Notes under the pieces: model-generated
The model's input: only the letters and a program-made list of their open reading frames with translations
Told to the model about the DNA's origin: nothing
Databases searched by the model: none
Assembly (NCBI GenBank): GCA_036679645.1
Contig: JAZDCY010000014.1
Location: 64,001-128,000, forward strand
Length of the DNA stretch: 64,000 nucleotides
From: Gemmatimonadota bacterium
Lineage (GTDB): Bacteria; Gemmatimonadota; Gemmatimonadetes; Gemmatimonadales; GWC2-71-9
Direction of reading: 5' to 3'
Shown: positions 37,060-47,328 of the stretch, piece by piece
How the letters are laid out: each line of letters starts with the position of its first letter
How positions within the stretch are numbered: position 1 is the stretch's first letter
Made by a program: the position numbers and the translations under genes

Positions 37060-38361
37060 ATGACCGAACCGAGTCCACCGCCTTCGGGCTCCCCCGACCA
37101 GGGGTTGCGACACGCCGCCGCCGCGGTGCTTGCCGGCGAGAGCCGTCACGGGTTCTTTCGGCGGCTGCTGCCGTTCCTGGGACCGGCCTTCATCGCCAGC
37201 GTTGCCTACATCGACCCGGGCAACTTCGCGACGAACATCCAGGGCGGTGCCCGGTTCGGCTACACGCTCTTGTGGGTGGTGGTCGCCAGCAATATGATGG
37301 CGATGCTGCTCCAGGCGCTCTCCGCCAAGCTCGGCATTGCGAGTCGGCGCAATCTCGCCGAGCTGTGTCGCGAGCATTTCCCCCGATGGCTGACGCTCAC
37401 CATGTGGGTGATCATGGAGCTGGTCGCCATGGCGACCGACCTAGCCGAGTTCCTCGGCGCCGCGGTAGGCTTCAACCTCCTGTTTGGCGTTCCCCTGTGG
37501 GCGGCCGGCCTTGCCACCGCCGTCGTGACGATTCTGATCCTCGGTCTCGAGCGGTTCGGTTTCCGGCCTATCGAGGCCGTGATCGCCGCGTTCGTGGGAG
37601 TGGTGGGGATCAGTTATGTCATCGAGACCCTGCTCGACCACCCGGACTGGGGCGCCCTCCTTGGCGGCGCCGTGACGCCGCGGTTTGCAGGTCCAGAGAG
37701 CGTACTCCTCGCCACCGGGATACTGGGCGCCACGGTCATGCCGCACGTGATCTTCCTGCACTCGGCGCTCACGCAGCGACGGGTGATGGTGGAGGGAGCC
37801 ACACGCCTCAAAAGCCTGTTCCGGTTCCAGTTGATTGACGTGGGTGTGGCGATGACCATCGCCGGTATCGTCAACGGCGCGATGCTGGTCATGGCGGCGG
37901 CGACCTTCTACCGGACAGGCCTCACGGATATTGGGACCATCGAGGAGGCTCACCGCACTCTGACACCGCTGCTGGGCGGCGCTGCGTCCACGGTATTCGC
38001 GGTTTCCCTCCTTGCGTCCGGCCTTTCTTCGGCGTCGGTCGGAACGATGTCCGGTCAGGTCATCATGCAGGGCTTCCTGCGCCGACGCATTCCCGTGTGG
38101 GTACGCCGTCTGGTGACGATGGCACCGTCCCTCGTGGTGATCGCGATTGGCCTGGACCCGACGCGCACGCTCGTGATCAGTCAGGTCGTTCTGAGCTTCG
38201 GGTTGCCGTTCGCCGTGGTGCCGCTCGTCCTCTTTACCAGCCGGCGTGCAGTGATGGGACCACTCGTGAACCATCGGATCACAACCGTCATCACGTGGAT
38301 CGTGACCGGCCTGATCGTCGGTCTCAATATGTTCTTACTCGTCGACCTGCTCGCGGGATAA
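37060..38361 (+). CDS. mntH: Nramp divalent metal (Mn2+) transporter
   Basis: AYIDPGNFATN, ATDLAEFLG, GATVMPHVIFLHS, SQVVLS. Confidence 0.95.
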   Translation: MTEPSPPPSGSPDQGLRHAAAAVLAGESRHGFFRRLLPFLGPAFIASVAYIDPGNFATNIQGGARFGYTLLWVVVASNMMAMLLQALSAKLGIASRRNLAELCREHFPRWLTLTMWVIMELVAMATDLAEFLGAAVGFNLLFGVPLWAAGLATAVVTILILGLERFGFRPIEAVIAAFVGVVGISYVIETLLDHPDWGALLGGAVTPRFAGPESVLLATGILGATVMPHVIFLHSALTQRRVMVEGATRLKSLFRFQLIDVGVAMTIAGIVNGAMLVMAAATFYRTGLTDIGTIEEAHRTLTPLLGGAASTVFAVSLLASGLSSASVGTMSGQVIMQGFLRRRIPVWVRRLVTMAPSLVVIAIGLDPTRTLVISQVVLSFGLPFAVVPLVLFTSRRAVMGPLVNHRITTVITWIVTGLIVGLNMFLLVDLLAG

Positions 38362-38364
38362 CCC

Positions 38365-39270
38365 ATGTTTCGACACCTGCTGGTCCCGCTCGACGGCTCC
38401 AATGTCGCGGAACGTGTCCTCCCGGCGGCAGCGGCCCTCGCCAGCCACCTTGGCGCCCGAACGACGTTGCTCCATGTGATCGAGCGAGATGCACCGAGCG
38501 CCGTGCACGGCGATGCGCACATCACGGACGGCGCCGAGGCAGAAGCCTATCTCATGGGGTGTGCACAGCAAGCCTTTTCTGGGACCGTCGTGGTCGCGCG
38601 ACATGTGCATGCAACCGCTGAATCGAACGTCGCGCAGAGCATCGCGGACCACGCGGTGGAGCTGTCGGCTGATCTGGTCATCCTGTGCACACACGGGAGC
38701 CGCGGGCTGCGGCATCGGCTGTTCGGGAGCGTGGCGCAGGCGGTTGCCGGTGCCGGCGCCGGACCGGTGCTCCTGATCCCACCGGAAGGGATCGGCGAGC
38801 ACTGGTGGCCGGTTCGTCGCATTCTGGTTGCGGTCGACGGCCGGCCCGAGCATGCGCGGGCGGTACCGCTCGCCGTGGAGTGCGCGAGCGCATGCACAGC
38901 GTCGCTTCGATTGCTGTGGGTGGTGCCGACGCTTGGCACGCTGACGCCCGAGCACGCCGCCTCCGGCCAGCGGCTTCCGGGAACGACAGCAGCGCTGTTG
39001 GAGTTGGAGCGGGAAGAAGCCTACGCGGCCGCGCGCAAGGAACTGGCCGGCGCAGGTGGTGACGACCTGGATACCAGTGTCGTCATCGTGCGGGGGAATC
39101 CGCTCAAGGAGATCCGCAAGGCGGCCGACACGTTCACGGCCGAACTCGTGGTCCTCGGAACGCATGGGAGGAGCGGGTTCGATGCGGTGGCCTCGGGCAG
39201 CGTGGCTCCTCAGCTCGCCGGCCGCGCCCGATGGCCCATCCTGCTCGTACCTATCGCGCGCACGACGTAG
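38365..39270 (+). CDS. Tandem universal stress protein
   Basis: Two UspA domains: LLVPLDGS...THGSRG..GSVA and ILVAVDG...THGRSG..GSVA. Confidence 0.92.
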   Translation: MFRHLLVPLDGSNVAERVLPAAAALASHLGARTTLLHVIERDAPSAVHGDAHITDGAEAEAYLMGCAQQAFSGTVVVARHVHATAESNVAQSIADHAVELSADLVILCTHGSRGLRHRLFGSVAQAVAGAGAGPVLLIPPEGIGEHWWPVRRILVAVDGRPEHARAVPLAVECASACTASLRLLWVVPTLGTLTPEHAASGQRLPGTTAALLELEREEAYAAARKELAGAGGDDLDTSVVIVRGNPLKEIRKAADTFTAELVVLGTHGRSGFDAVASGSVAPQLAGRARWPILLVPIARTT

Positions 39271-39329
39271 GACGCCCTCCTCGTTCATTCACCCAACACC
39301 CGCGGGTCGCGGCTGAAGCCGCAACCGCA

Positions 39330-39905
39330 CTATTGCCCGTCGCGACGGCTCCACGGCGGAACGATCTCATTGGTGCGCGCGTATGCGATCGCCTGACCAA
39401 GGTGTTCGTGCATGTCGTTCGCCATGAGATCGATGGCGGTACCGAGATCGACCTCACGACCGAAAAAGTTTACGTGCCGCGCACGGTCCTCGTCGGTCAG
39501 ACCACTTACGAGATCCAGCAGGTGCTCGAACGACCGTCGCAACTCCACGATGACTTCGTCCTTGGACAGCTCGGACAGCCGGCTCATCTCACCCCGGAAC
39601 CCCTCACCCGCCCATTCCGCCGAATCGAACCCCCACATGGTCGGAAAGAGCACGCACTCCGCCGCCATCAGCGCCATGACGTCCTGAACCGAACGCACAC
39701 CCTCCATGGGGCGCCACGCGTACGTCTCTTCTGGGAACGCCTCGGCAATGGCGATGAACTTGTCACGCATCTGTTCGAGATCGGCGATCTGCGTCTCGAC
39801 GGCATTCCGGTACTGCGCGCTGGCCGGTCCGGCGGCGGCGATGAGGACCGCCGTCAGAAGGAGCGCTCGGCGGACCCGTCGTCGGCTCGAATGGTACTCG
39901 GTCAT
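39330..39905 (-). CDS. Secreted DinB-family protein
   Basis: Signal peptide from ATG 39905; AEAFPEETYAWRPMEGVRS, HEHLGQAIAYARTNEIVPPWS. Confidence 0.88.
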   Translation of the reverse strand: MTEYHSSRRRVRRALLLTAVLIAAAGPASAQYRNAVETQIADLEQMRDKFIAIAEAFPEETYAWRPMEGVRSVQDVMALMAAECVLFPTMWGFDSAEWAGEGFRGEMSRLSELSKDEVIVELRRSFEHLLDLVSGLTDEDRARHVNFFGREVDLGTAIDLMANDMHEHLGQAIAYARTNEIVPPWSRRDGQ

Positions 39906-40130
39906 GGTCTGCTCTCCAGTGGGTATCGGCCGCTCCATCTTACCCACGAGATCACCGACCGATCCAGTCCCCTGGGCTTGGGCAGTCAATGCCCCACGAT
40001 GACCCACTCGACGGAGCGACGACACCGTGTAACACGGCCGTCCTTCCGCACGGCAACCTCCACGTGCAGCTTCATCGAGGCGGCACGGCAGCGTGTCGGT
40101 AGCGTGCGTTCCGGTATCAAGGAGGGAACC

Positions 40131-40925
40131 GTGATCATCTACGGCACCAAGGGTATGCGATCGAAGGACGGGGCGGGGGATTTCTACTGTCCGCAATGCA
40201 GCCGGCCCAGCGAGTACGACGAGTACAAGGTCCGACGCTGGTTTACGCTCTACTTCATCCCGCTCATCCCGATGAACATCGCCGCCCGATACCTCGAGTG
40301 CCGCTCCTGCCTCGGGACCTTCAAGACCGACGCGCGGGACCACGGCCCCGAACACTACGCGGCGGAAACCCAGAAGTTCGAGGCCGAGTTCCACCAGGCA
40401 ATGAAGGGGACCATGATCCTGATGCTGCTCGCCGACGGACGCATCGAACCCCAGGAAATCCAGACCATCCAATCCATCTACGGCCGGCTCACCAACCAGG
40501 AATACGGGGCCGATGCCATCGCCAACGACATCAACGAGCTGCAGAGAAGCGCTCCCGGAATCAAGGACTACCTCGCCGATATCGCTAGCCGACTCAACGA
40601 CAGCGGCAAAGCCATGGTGTACCAAGCCGCCGTCCTCGTCGCACTCGCGGACGGAGACGTCGCGAAGGAGGAAGAAGCGCTACTCAAGTCCACCTCCAAG
40701 GCGCTCGGGCTCCGGCACCCGTCCTACTCGGCAATTCTTCTCATTCTCATGGGCGTGAACTTCACGCTGGCGAGCGTCTGGGGACTCATCTGCTGGACCA
40801 CTGTCATCGTGCCAATCGTGCTGGTCCGGGTGGCTGCGGAGGAGCGAATGCTCGTCGAGGGCTTCGGCGATTCCTACCTGGAGTACAGGGGTCACACCGA
40901 GAGGCTGATCCCGGCCGTGTTTTGA
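40131..40925 (+). CDS. Zinc-ribbon plus TerB-like protein fused in frame to an ICMT/PEMT methyltransferase C-terminal fragment
   Basis: GGAGG RBS; FYCPQC...WFTLYFIP...ECRSC; two ADG..E..E TerB motifs; then LRHPSY...EERML..FG..Y..Y..TERLIP. Confidence 0.75.
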   Translation: MIIYGTKGMRSKDGAGDFYCPQCSRPSEYDEYKVRRWFTLYFIPLIPMNIAARYLECRSCLGTFKTDARDHGPEHYAAETQKFEAEFHQAMKGTMILMLLADGRIEPQEIQTIQSIYGRLTNQEYGADAIANDINELQRSAPGIKDYLADIASRLNDSGKAMVYQAAVLVALADGDVAKEEEALLKSTSKALGLRHPSYSAILLILMGVNFTLASVWGLICWTTVIVPIVLVRVAAEERMLVEGFGDSYLEYRGHTERLIPAVF

Positions 40926-40949
40926 GCATTTTGCCCGGGCCAGGCAGAT

Positions 40950-40995
40950 TACATGTATAAGTTACATTGACGAATGTTCTCAGTACATGTAGATT
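40950..40995 (+). promoter_or_regulatory. Sigma70 promoter TTGACG-17-TAGATT with two TACATGTA palindromes
   Basis: -35 at 40967-40972, -10 at 40990-40995; palindromes at 40950-40957 and 40984-40991; ATG at 41002 without an SD sequence. Confidence 0.7.
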
Positions 40996-41001
40996 GGTCG
41001 G

Positions 41002-41298
41002 ATGGGAAAGCGCCCATCCAAACGCGTCAAGGAGCCGGTCCAGGTCTATCTGGACGGGGCCGATCGCGACCTCTTGAAGGCCCTCGCGGAAAAGACGGGT
41101 TTGACCAAAGCCGAATTGCTGCGGCGCGGTCTCCGACAGCTCGCGGCCGGTGAGCTGGCAGAGAAGCCTCCCGGCTGGTCACTCGAGGCACTCGCGGGGC
41201 TAATCGTCGGCGGACCGGCCGACCTCTCAACTCGGCACGACGACTACCTCGCCGACGCCATAGAGGAGAAAAAGGGTGCCGGGGCGCGCTCTCGCTGA
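41002..41298 (+). CDS. vapB: RHH/CopG antitoxin
   Basis: PVQVYLD...LAEKTGLTKAELLRRGL; C-terminal DLSTRHDDYL typical of VapB. Confidence 0.85.
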   Translation: MGKRPSKRVKEPVQVYLDGADRDLLKALAEKTGLTKAELLRRGLRQLAAGELAEKPPGWSLEALAGLIVGGPADLSTRHDDYLADAIEEKKGAGARSR

Positions 41299-41689
41299 CA
41301 CAAGCGCGCTGTTGGCGCTCGCGGCACGCGACGATCAGTATCATCAGCGCGCGCATCAAGTCGCGACAGGCTTCATTGCGGCTGGCGGCCGGTTGGTCGG
41401 AACCGCACTCATCCTCGCAGAGCTGCACACGCTTCTGCTCCGTCGTACGGAGCCTATGGTGGCGCGTTCCGCACTAACTGCCCTTCTCGCAGACCCCGCC
41501 TATCAATGGCTGGATGTTCCCGTCGCACTGGAGCAGGCCGCTATGGATTCCTGGCTGGCTCGCTTCCAAGACCAGCGCTTCTCCCTCACCGACGCCGTGA
41601 GCTTCGAGGTGATGCGGCGCGAGCACATTCGCCACGCGTTCGCGTTCGATCAGGACTTCGTAACGGCGGGATTCGAGCTACTGGGATAG
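41276..41689 (+). CDS. vapC: VapC PIN-domain toxin
   Basis: ADTSA, DQYH, AE, FSLTDAVSF, FAFDQDF. Confidence 0.9.
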   Translation: MPGRALADTSALLALAARDDQYHQRAHQVATGFIAAGGRLVGTALILAELHTLLLRRTEPMVARSALTALLADPAYQWLDVPVALEQAAMDSWLARFQDQRFSLTDAVSFEVMRREHIRHAFAFDQDFVTAGFELLG

Positions 41690-41722
41690 GCGGGGCGCCC
41701 CCCCGGTCCCCCCCCACCCCGT

Positions 41723-43375
41723 TCACTCACCGATCGGCTCTCCAAGCATCTCCCACCGAATGAGGGACACGGGAATCAGACCGGCCGCCGTGAACTCGTC
41801 GACGAACTGGCGCAGGGTGAAGCGGTCGCCCTGCTGGCGGGCGCGATCGGCGAGGAGCCGTTCGATCTGCATCTTGCCAATCAGGTAGCTGGTCCCGTAA
41901 CCCGGTTGCTGCAGGTACAGGTGCTGCTCGAACCAGACCGTGTTCGCGTCCTCACGCAGCCAGCCACGGGGCGTCTGCGCCACGGTAAAGCGCGCGGTCT
42001 GCTCGAGCGTCATCCGATTGGCGTGCATCATGAGGTCCCCCAGCGCGCGCGCCGCCCGCTGCGCAATGAGGATGTAGATGAGTTCGCGTCCACGGGGATG
42101 GCCGTCGAGGAAGCCCGCGTGCATCATCATCTCTTCCATCGCGGTCGCAAATCCCTCGGTGCGACTCACGAAGATGTTGTACAGCAGCGGGCCGCGGCGG
42201 ATCGGATCCGGATGCGGGTCGTGTTCCATGCGCGCCAGATCGATCCAGTGGAAGTCGTGGGTCCGCATCACGATCGGATCGCGATAGCTAACCTCGCTGA
42301 AAAACTCGCGGGGCTCCGGCGTGTACGCCCCTTCCTGCGCGATGAGCGCCGGCTCCATGTAGTCACGAACCGACAGCACACTCTGCTCCTGCAGGAACGC
42401 CGCGTACTCGTGGACGGCGGCCTCGAACCGGCGTCCCCATTCGGCGGGGTCATTGATCGACGCGAGCACCGGTAGTCCGCTATTCCGGCCCTCTTCCAGC
42501 GCGAGCGCCGCGCGCGAACGCGCCAGTTCGCGGCGCATCAACGTGACCTCTTCCTGCCAGGTGTACGGCACGAGCTGCACGTTGCGCAGGTACCAATCGT
42601 AGTTCTCGACTCCAACACCGGAGGGGCCCGTCTTGGACGACGCTTCGTGTTCCAGCCACTCGCGGAAGCGATCGGTCGCCTCACGGGCTCGGCGGACGTC
42701 TGCCACCAGCTCCGCCTTCCCTGCGACCCTCGCCGCCAGCCGTTCCAGGTCGCCCGACTGCTCGCGCATGCTGCGGATCCCCATGACCCAGAGATCCTTC
42801 GCGTTGCCGACCAGGTTCCCGCGGGCCTGCTCCAGCAGTTTGGGTACCGTCCGCAACGCCGCGCGCAGGTCGGTGGCGCGTTGAGTCGAGAGCGGGAACT
42901 CGTACTGCCATAGTTCGATCGACCCTCGCGCCTGGTGGCCTTCCCGGGCCGGCTGATCGCTCTGATACCAGAACACCGTGAGGTAGAACGCGGGATTCTG
43001 CGCCCACGGCCGCAACACCCGGTGATCGAAGTCGAGTCCGTTCATCTCCGCACGGATGAGGTGGAGATCCACCTGCTGGGCCGTTGTCCAGCCCGTGGTG
43101 TCGAATGCGGCAAGCCGGCGCTGGTATTCCGGCAGGCCCCGTTGTTGGGCGGCCATCGCGCTGGCGGTGTAGTCGGGAACGCCGTCGACCATTGCCGGTC
43201 GCTGGAAATCGCGCCACTGCTCGAACAGCGTAACGAGATCCTCGTCGCGCGAGGGCCGGGGGAGCGCCGCGGGCCGGTGCGCGGAGGTGAATACCGCGCC
43301 GGTAGAGATCACCGCGACCACGCCGAGCATTGCTCGGCGGGACGTGCGCGCGAGTGCGTTACGTTGTCGACGCAT
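41723..43375 (-). CDS. DUF885-family secreted protein
   Basis: Signal peptide; RPWAQNP, RTEGFATAMEE, RAARALGD, YLQQPGYGTSYLIGK. Confidence 0.8.
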   Translation of the reverse strand: MRRQRNALARTSRRAMLGVVAVISTGAVFTSAHRPAALPRPSRDEDLVTLFEQWRDFQRPAMVDGVPDYTASAMAAQQRGLPEYQRRLAAFDTTGWTTAQQVDLHLIRAEMNGLDFDHRVLRPWAQNPAFYLTVFWYQSDQPAREGHQARGSIELWQYEFPLSTQRATDLRAALRTVPKLLEQARGNLVGNAKDLWVMGIRSMREQSGDLERLAARVAGKAELVADVRRAREATDRFREWLEHEASSKTGPSGVGVENYDWYLRNVQLVPYTWQEEVTLMRRELARSRAALALEEGRNSGLPVLASINDPAEWGRRFEAAVHEYAAFLQEQSVLSVRDYMEPALIAQEGAYTPEPREFFSEVSYRDPIVMRTHDFHWIDLARMEHDPHPDPIRRGPLLYNIFVSRTEGFATAMEEMMMHAGFLDGHPRGRELIYILIAQRAARALGDLMMHANRMTLEQTARFTVAQTPRGWLREDANTVWFEQHLYLQQPGYGTSYLIGKMQIERLLADRARQQGDRFTLRQFVDEFTAAGLIPVSLIRWEMLGEPIGE

Positions 43376-43552
43376 GGCTCGCTCCGATAGGCGCCAGTCC
43401 GGTAAGGCGGTCGGGGTTCTCCCTCATGCCCGAGGAAGATGCGGTGCCGTGGCCCAAATCGCGAGAGAGGCCAGCCGTCTCGACGCCATGGCGGTGTCCG
43501 CACTGAGCACCGTACCTTGCGCCCTTTTCTGCCGTGGCGTAGTTACGTCAGC

Positions 43553-44386
43553 ATGCGAAGCTACATTCTCGTCCTCGCGATCACGGCCACCGCCGCTACC
43601 CGCGGCGTCGCACAGAACCCGCAATACGAAGTCTTCGCGCTCCGCTACGCGACCGTCCCCGACTTCCCTACGTCCGCTCTCGTGATTGGCGCCGACGCGG
43701 ACGAACGCATCGACATCGCGATGGTTTTCTGGCTGGTCCGAGGCGACGGCCACGTCATCCTATTCGACAGCGGATTCCACCGTGCGGCGTGGTTCGAGCG
43801 GTTCGACATCCACGACTACATGCGACCCGATTCCGTGCTGCGGCTCGCCGGGGTGGAGCCTGAAACGGTGACGGACATCATCGTGAGTCACGCGCACTGG
43901 GATCACATGGGCGGAATCGACCTGTTCCCCAACGCGGTCATCTGGATCCAGCGCGACGAGTTCGCATGGTACACCGGCCCGGCATGGCAGAACGGCGGGC
44001 GCGGCGGTGGCGCAGACCCCGGTGATCTCGTGGAGTTGGTACGGGGGAACACGCAGGGAAACGTGCGACTCATTGACGGCGACGACGTGGAGATTCTGCC
44101 CGGGATCCGTGTGTACACCGGCGCACGACACACGTACGCATCACAGTACGTCCGCGTCGCCGGCGGGGTGCCGGTGATCCTAGCGTCCGACAATGCGTAT
44201 CTCTATCGCAACCTCATGCAACATCGGCCCGGGGCCACCTTCGCCCGCGCCGACACGACAGCGAACCTGGAAGCTCAGACGCGGATGCTCAGGTTGGCAG
44301 GCGGGATCCAGCATGTAGTGCCGGGACACGACCCGGAACAGTTCCGGCGATTTCCAACCGAGGGGCGGGTGGCCCGCATCCGCTGA
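43553..44386 (+). CDS. N-acyl-homoserine-lactonase-like metallo-beta-lactamase-fold hydrolase, secreted
   Basis: Signal peptide; DSG, SHAHWDHMGG, HT, ASD, PGHD. Confidence 0.85.
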   Translation: MRSYILVLAITATAATRGVAQNPQYEVFALRYATVPDFPTSALVIGADADERIDIAMVFWLVRGDGHVILFDSGFHRAAWFERFDIHDYMRPDSVLRLAGVEPETVTDIIVSHAHWDHMGGIDLFPNAVIWIQRDEFAWYTGPAWQNGGRGGGADPGDLVELVRGNTQGNVRLIDGDDVEILPGIRVYTGARHTYASQYVRVAGGVPVILASDNAYLYRNLMQHRPGATFARADTTANLEAQTRMLRLAGGIQHVVPGHDPEQFRRFPTEGRVARIR

Positions 44387-44502
44387 CCACTACCTGCTTG
44401 GCGAGCCCAGACCGGTTCGGCGTCTTGGTCAGCGTGCCATTCCCAGTCGATCCGCAAAGGCGCGGTACTCGGGGACCTGGCACGCGTGCCGCCCTTGCAC
44501 GA

Positions 44503-44901
44503 CTACCGGAGCAGCCGCTCGATGCCGGGAACTTCGTCGAACGCGGAGTCGAACGTCAGAATTCTCTGCACTCCATGCCGCTCCATGGCCGCGACATGAA
44601 TCGCATCCCGCGCGGAAAGACGCTCTCTCTCGAGCACAACTGTCTTGGCTCGTTCGACGTCGGTGCGCTCTACCGGGAACACCTCATCGACAATGCCGAG
44701 GACCGCGTCGAACGCTGGCTGAATGGCCTCCCGACGACCGATCGCGACATAACGATGCAGGAGCTCCTGAAGCACCTCCGCATCGGTCACGAGTCGCTCT
44801 CGCTCGACAATGGCGCGCTCGAGCGCGTGCTGCGCCGTGGTCTTGTTGGGATGTGCGGACCCGACGAGATACATCGGGATACTGGAATCGACAAAGATCA
44901 C
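44503..44901 (-). CDS. vapC: VapC PIN-domain toxin
   Basis: MIFVDSS, DAEVLQE, ARDAIH, TFDSAFD; paralog of 32336-32740. Confidence 0.9.
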   Translation of the reverse strand: MIFVDSSIPMYLVGSAHPNKTTAQHALERAIVERERLVTDAEVLQELLHRYVAIGRREAIQPAFDAVLGIVDEVFPVERTDVERAKTVVLERERLSARDAIHVAAMERHGVQRILTFDSAFDEVPGIERLLR

Positions 44902-45152
44902 AGCCGCTCTCTGGCGTAGCCCCGCTCGATGTCACCCAACATCTCATCGATCTCGCCCGTGGGATACTCGTGGCGTACCGCCTCGCGAACCACGTGGAGC
45001 TTCCGGTCTGTGGGGGCCACCGCCTGACGCCGGCGCGCCGCACGCAGAGCCTGGCGGACCCACTCCGCGACGGTCATGCGGTTGCGTCGCGCCACCTGCT
45101 TGATCTCGCGCAACTCGGCGTCGTCCATGACCACCTGGAGTCTCTTACTCAT
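44898..45152 (-). CDS. vapB: RHH antitoxin
   Basis: [36 protein letters not shown]; overlaps the toxin start. Confidence 0.85.
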   Translation of the reverse strand: MSKRLQVVMDDAELREIKQVARRNRMTVAEWVRQALRAARRRQAVAPTDRKLHVVREAVRHEYPTGEIDEMLGDIERGYARERL

Positions 45153-45187
45153 CGTATGAGTATAATTGACTCATATATTTGAGTCAA
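45146..45187 (-). promoter_or_regulatory. Promoter TTGACT-17-TATACT with two inverted-repeat operators
   Basis: TACTCAT-N3-ATGAGTA at 45146-45162 and TTGACTCA-N6-TGAGTCAA at 45166-45187; the ATG sits at the predicted +1. Confidence 0.72.
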
Positions 45188-45241
45188 GCATGCCAGCCTC
45201 CCTCGGTTCCGGATGCGGGACGGTGCCGTTACTCATTGGGT

Positions 45242-45508
45242 ATGTCGCGAGCATTCGTCAACGAAGACGCCGAAGGACCCGAGCACATCTACACCCTGCC
45301 GGACCGCGACGACCCTGGTTTCGACGAGGCGGCCGCACGGACGCTCATCGAAGGGTGGAACCAGGGCGACACGCACGGAGCAGAGCGCGCAACCGGATAC
45401 AAGTGGGGCGAGCCGAAACTGCGCCCGCATGTCGAGAAAATCCTGGCGCATGCGCTGGACCGGAAGGACGAGCGCATCGAGCAGTTGGCACGGCGCTTCC
45501 TGCGCTGA
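45242..45508 (+). CDS. Small hypothetical protein (MSRAFVNED N-terminus)
   Basis: 88-aa ORF with host-like codon usage. The N-terminus resembles that of some GreA/GreB-like proteins, but there is no Gre domain. Confidence 0.6.
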   Translation: MSRAFVNEDAEGPEHIYTLPDRDDPGFDEAAARTLIEGWNQGDTHGAERATGYKWGEPKLRPHVEKILAHALDRKDERIEQLARRFLR

Positions 45509-45541
45509 TGCCGGTGCCCCGCATAGCGGTGCGGACGCGTC

Positions 45542-45847
45542 ATGCCCGGTGAGTGGTATCTCTACCTGATACGAACGCGCGACGGCGCGCTCTATACCGG
45601 TATCGCGACCGACGTCGACCGCCGCGTGGCAGAACACGAGACCGGCGGTGTACGAGGGTCGAAGTACCTGCGCTCACGCGCGCCGCTCGCGCTCGTCTAT
45701 CACACCAAGATTGGCAGCCGCGCGCTCGCACTGCGGGCGGAAGCCCGTGTCAAGAAGCTGCCAAAGCGTCGGAAAGAGGAGATTGCCGCGGGGAGTCCGA
45801 GAGTGACGGAGTTGCTGGAGATGCTTGCCATCCAGGCGACGGCATGA
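45542..45847 (+). CDS. GIY-YIG nuclease (UPF0213/YhbQ-like)
   Basis: WYLYLI...LYTGIATDVDRRVAEH..G.KY, ALRAEARVKKL. Confidence 0.9.
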   Translation: MPGEWYLYLIRTRDGALYTGIATDVDRRVAEHETGGVRGSKYLRSRAPLALVYHTKIGSRALALRAEARVKKLPKRRKEEIAAGSPRVTELLEMLAIQATA

Positions 45848-45872
45848 CCGAGTGGGTGCGAGCGCAGTATCG

Positions 45873-46913
45873 CTACACGTTGAACCGCACGTGCATGATG
45901 TCGCCGTCGGACACGACGTAGTCCTTGCCCTCGACCTGAAGCCGCCCGGCTTCCTTGACGGCGTGCTCGGAGCCGTACTCCATGAAGAGGTCGAACGGCG
46001 TGATCTCCGCCCGAATGAACCCCCGCTCGAGATCGGAGTGGATACGCCCCGCGGCCGGTCGCGCGGTTGTACCGCGCCTGATGGGCCACGCGCGCACCTC
46101 GTCCTCACCCACCGTGAAGAACGAGATGAGATCCAGCAGCCCGTACGCCGTGCAGATGAACCGCGCCAAGGCGGACTCGTGCAGACCGAGGTCCTCGAGA
46201 AACGCCGCCTGGTCCTCCGCGTCCATACTCACAATCTCGGCCTCGACGCTGGCCGAGAGCACGAGTCCGGCAGCGCCCAACTCCGCAATTAGGGTGACGA
46301 GCGCCTCGGGCGACGGTACCGACGCCTCGTCCTCACGGCGATTCAGCACGACCAACAGCGGACGATCGGTCAACAATCCGTAGCCGCTGAGAAAACCGCG
46401 GTTTAGTTCCTCGGGTGTGAGAGACCGGATCGGCCGCTCCTGTTCCATGGTCGCCTTCATCTTCTCGAACGCCGCAATCTCCACGGCATCGGGCTTGTCC
46501 TTCTTGGCGCGATCGAGGCGGCGCTCGACGATCTCGAGATCTGCGAAGAGGCACTCCGTATGGAACGCCCCGAGATCGCCGAGCGGATCGGGGTCTCCCT
46601 CGAGCGCGGGATTGGGAAAATCCCGCAGCACGAAACAGAGCACGTCCTGATCTCGGATCTGCTGCAGGGCTTTGCGCGAGAGTCCCTTCTTCTCTGCTCC
46701 GTGCTCGCCGGGGATGTCACAGAACGTGATTTCGGCGTAGGTCGTCTTCTTGGGCGAGAAGATCTCGCTCAACGTATCGATGCGTTCGTCCGGCACCTTG
46801 ACCGTCCCGAGGCGCACCTCGCCACCGAACCCCACGGGCACGTCGAGACCCGTCATCGTATTGAAAACGGTCGTCTTGCCCGACCCCGCAAATCCCACCA
46901 ACCCAATTCTCAT
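45873..46913 (-). CDS. ychF: YchF/Obg-like ATPase (C-terminal DUF933/TGS domain)
   Basis: GFAGSGKTT, VKVPDERI, DIPG, SFFTVGEDEVRAW, IHSDLERGFIRAE, EGKDYVVSDGD. Confidence 0.9.
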   Translation of the reverse strand: MRIGLVGFAGSGKTTVFNTMTGLDVPVGFGGEVRLGTVKVPDERIDTLSEIFSPKKTTYAEITFCDIPGEHGAEKKGLSRKALQQIRDQDVLCFVLRDFPNPALEGDPDPLGDLGAFHTECLFADLEIVERRLDRAKKDKPDAVEIAAFEKMKATMEQERPIRSLTPEELNRGFLSGYGLLTDRPLLVVLNRREDEASVPSPEALVTLIAELGAAGLVLSASVEAEIVSMDAEDQAAFLEDLGLHESALARFICTAYGLLDLISFFTVGEDEVRAWPIRRGTTARPAAGRIHSDLERGFIRAEITPFDLFMEYGSEHAVKEAGRLQVEGKDYVVSDGDIMHVRFNV

Positions 46914-46932
46914 CCTGGTTCATCTCCCCACA

Positions 46933-47328
46933 TCAGTATGAGGCAGCCTCTATGTCCGTTCGGGCAAAGTCGTCGCCGGTGAACAACAACGCTTCGTCCG
47001 CGAGACGGGCGGTCGCATAGGCCAGACAGTCGCCAAAGTTCAACGCCGCGGCATGTCGCCCGCGTCCGTAACGTAGCCACGCATTCATCGCCGTTCCGTA
47101 ATGCGCATCGGTAAACGGCACGATGGCGATATCGCCCTCGAGCAACAGACGCCCAACAATGCCGCGCGCATCGTGGTCCAGTCGTGCGGACAACACAATA
47201 GTCGTCTCGACGAGCGACGGCGCTCCGACGCTGATCTCCCGCGGCTCAGCCGCGATGGCATTCAGCAGACGATCGTGCATCGGTTCGCGCAGCGCGATGG
47301 CAACGAGCGCGGACGAGTCCACGATCAT
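46933..47328 (-). CDS. vapC: VapC PIN-domain toxin (VapC30-like)
   Basis: MIVDSSAL, E, YGRGRHAAALNFGDC, LLFTGDDF. Confidence 0.92.
   Translation of the reverse strand: MIVDSSALVAIALREPMHDRLLNAIAAEPREISVGAPSLVETTIVLSARLDHDARGIVGRLLLEGDIAIVPFTDAHYGTAMNAWLRYGRGRHAAALNFGDCLAYATARLADEALLFTGDDFARTDIEAASY

Noticed and set aside
39231..40130. N-terminal 300 aa of the 564-aa ORF and the 431-aa antisense ORF extension
   Set aside because: These are shadow extensions over divergent real genes; true starts are 40131 (plus) and 39905 (minus).
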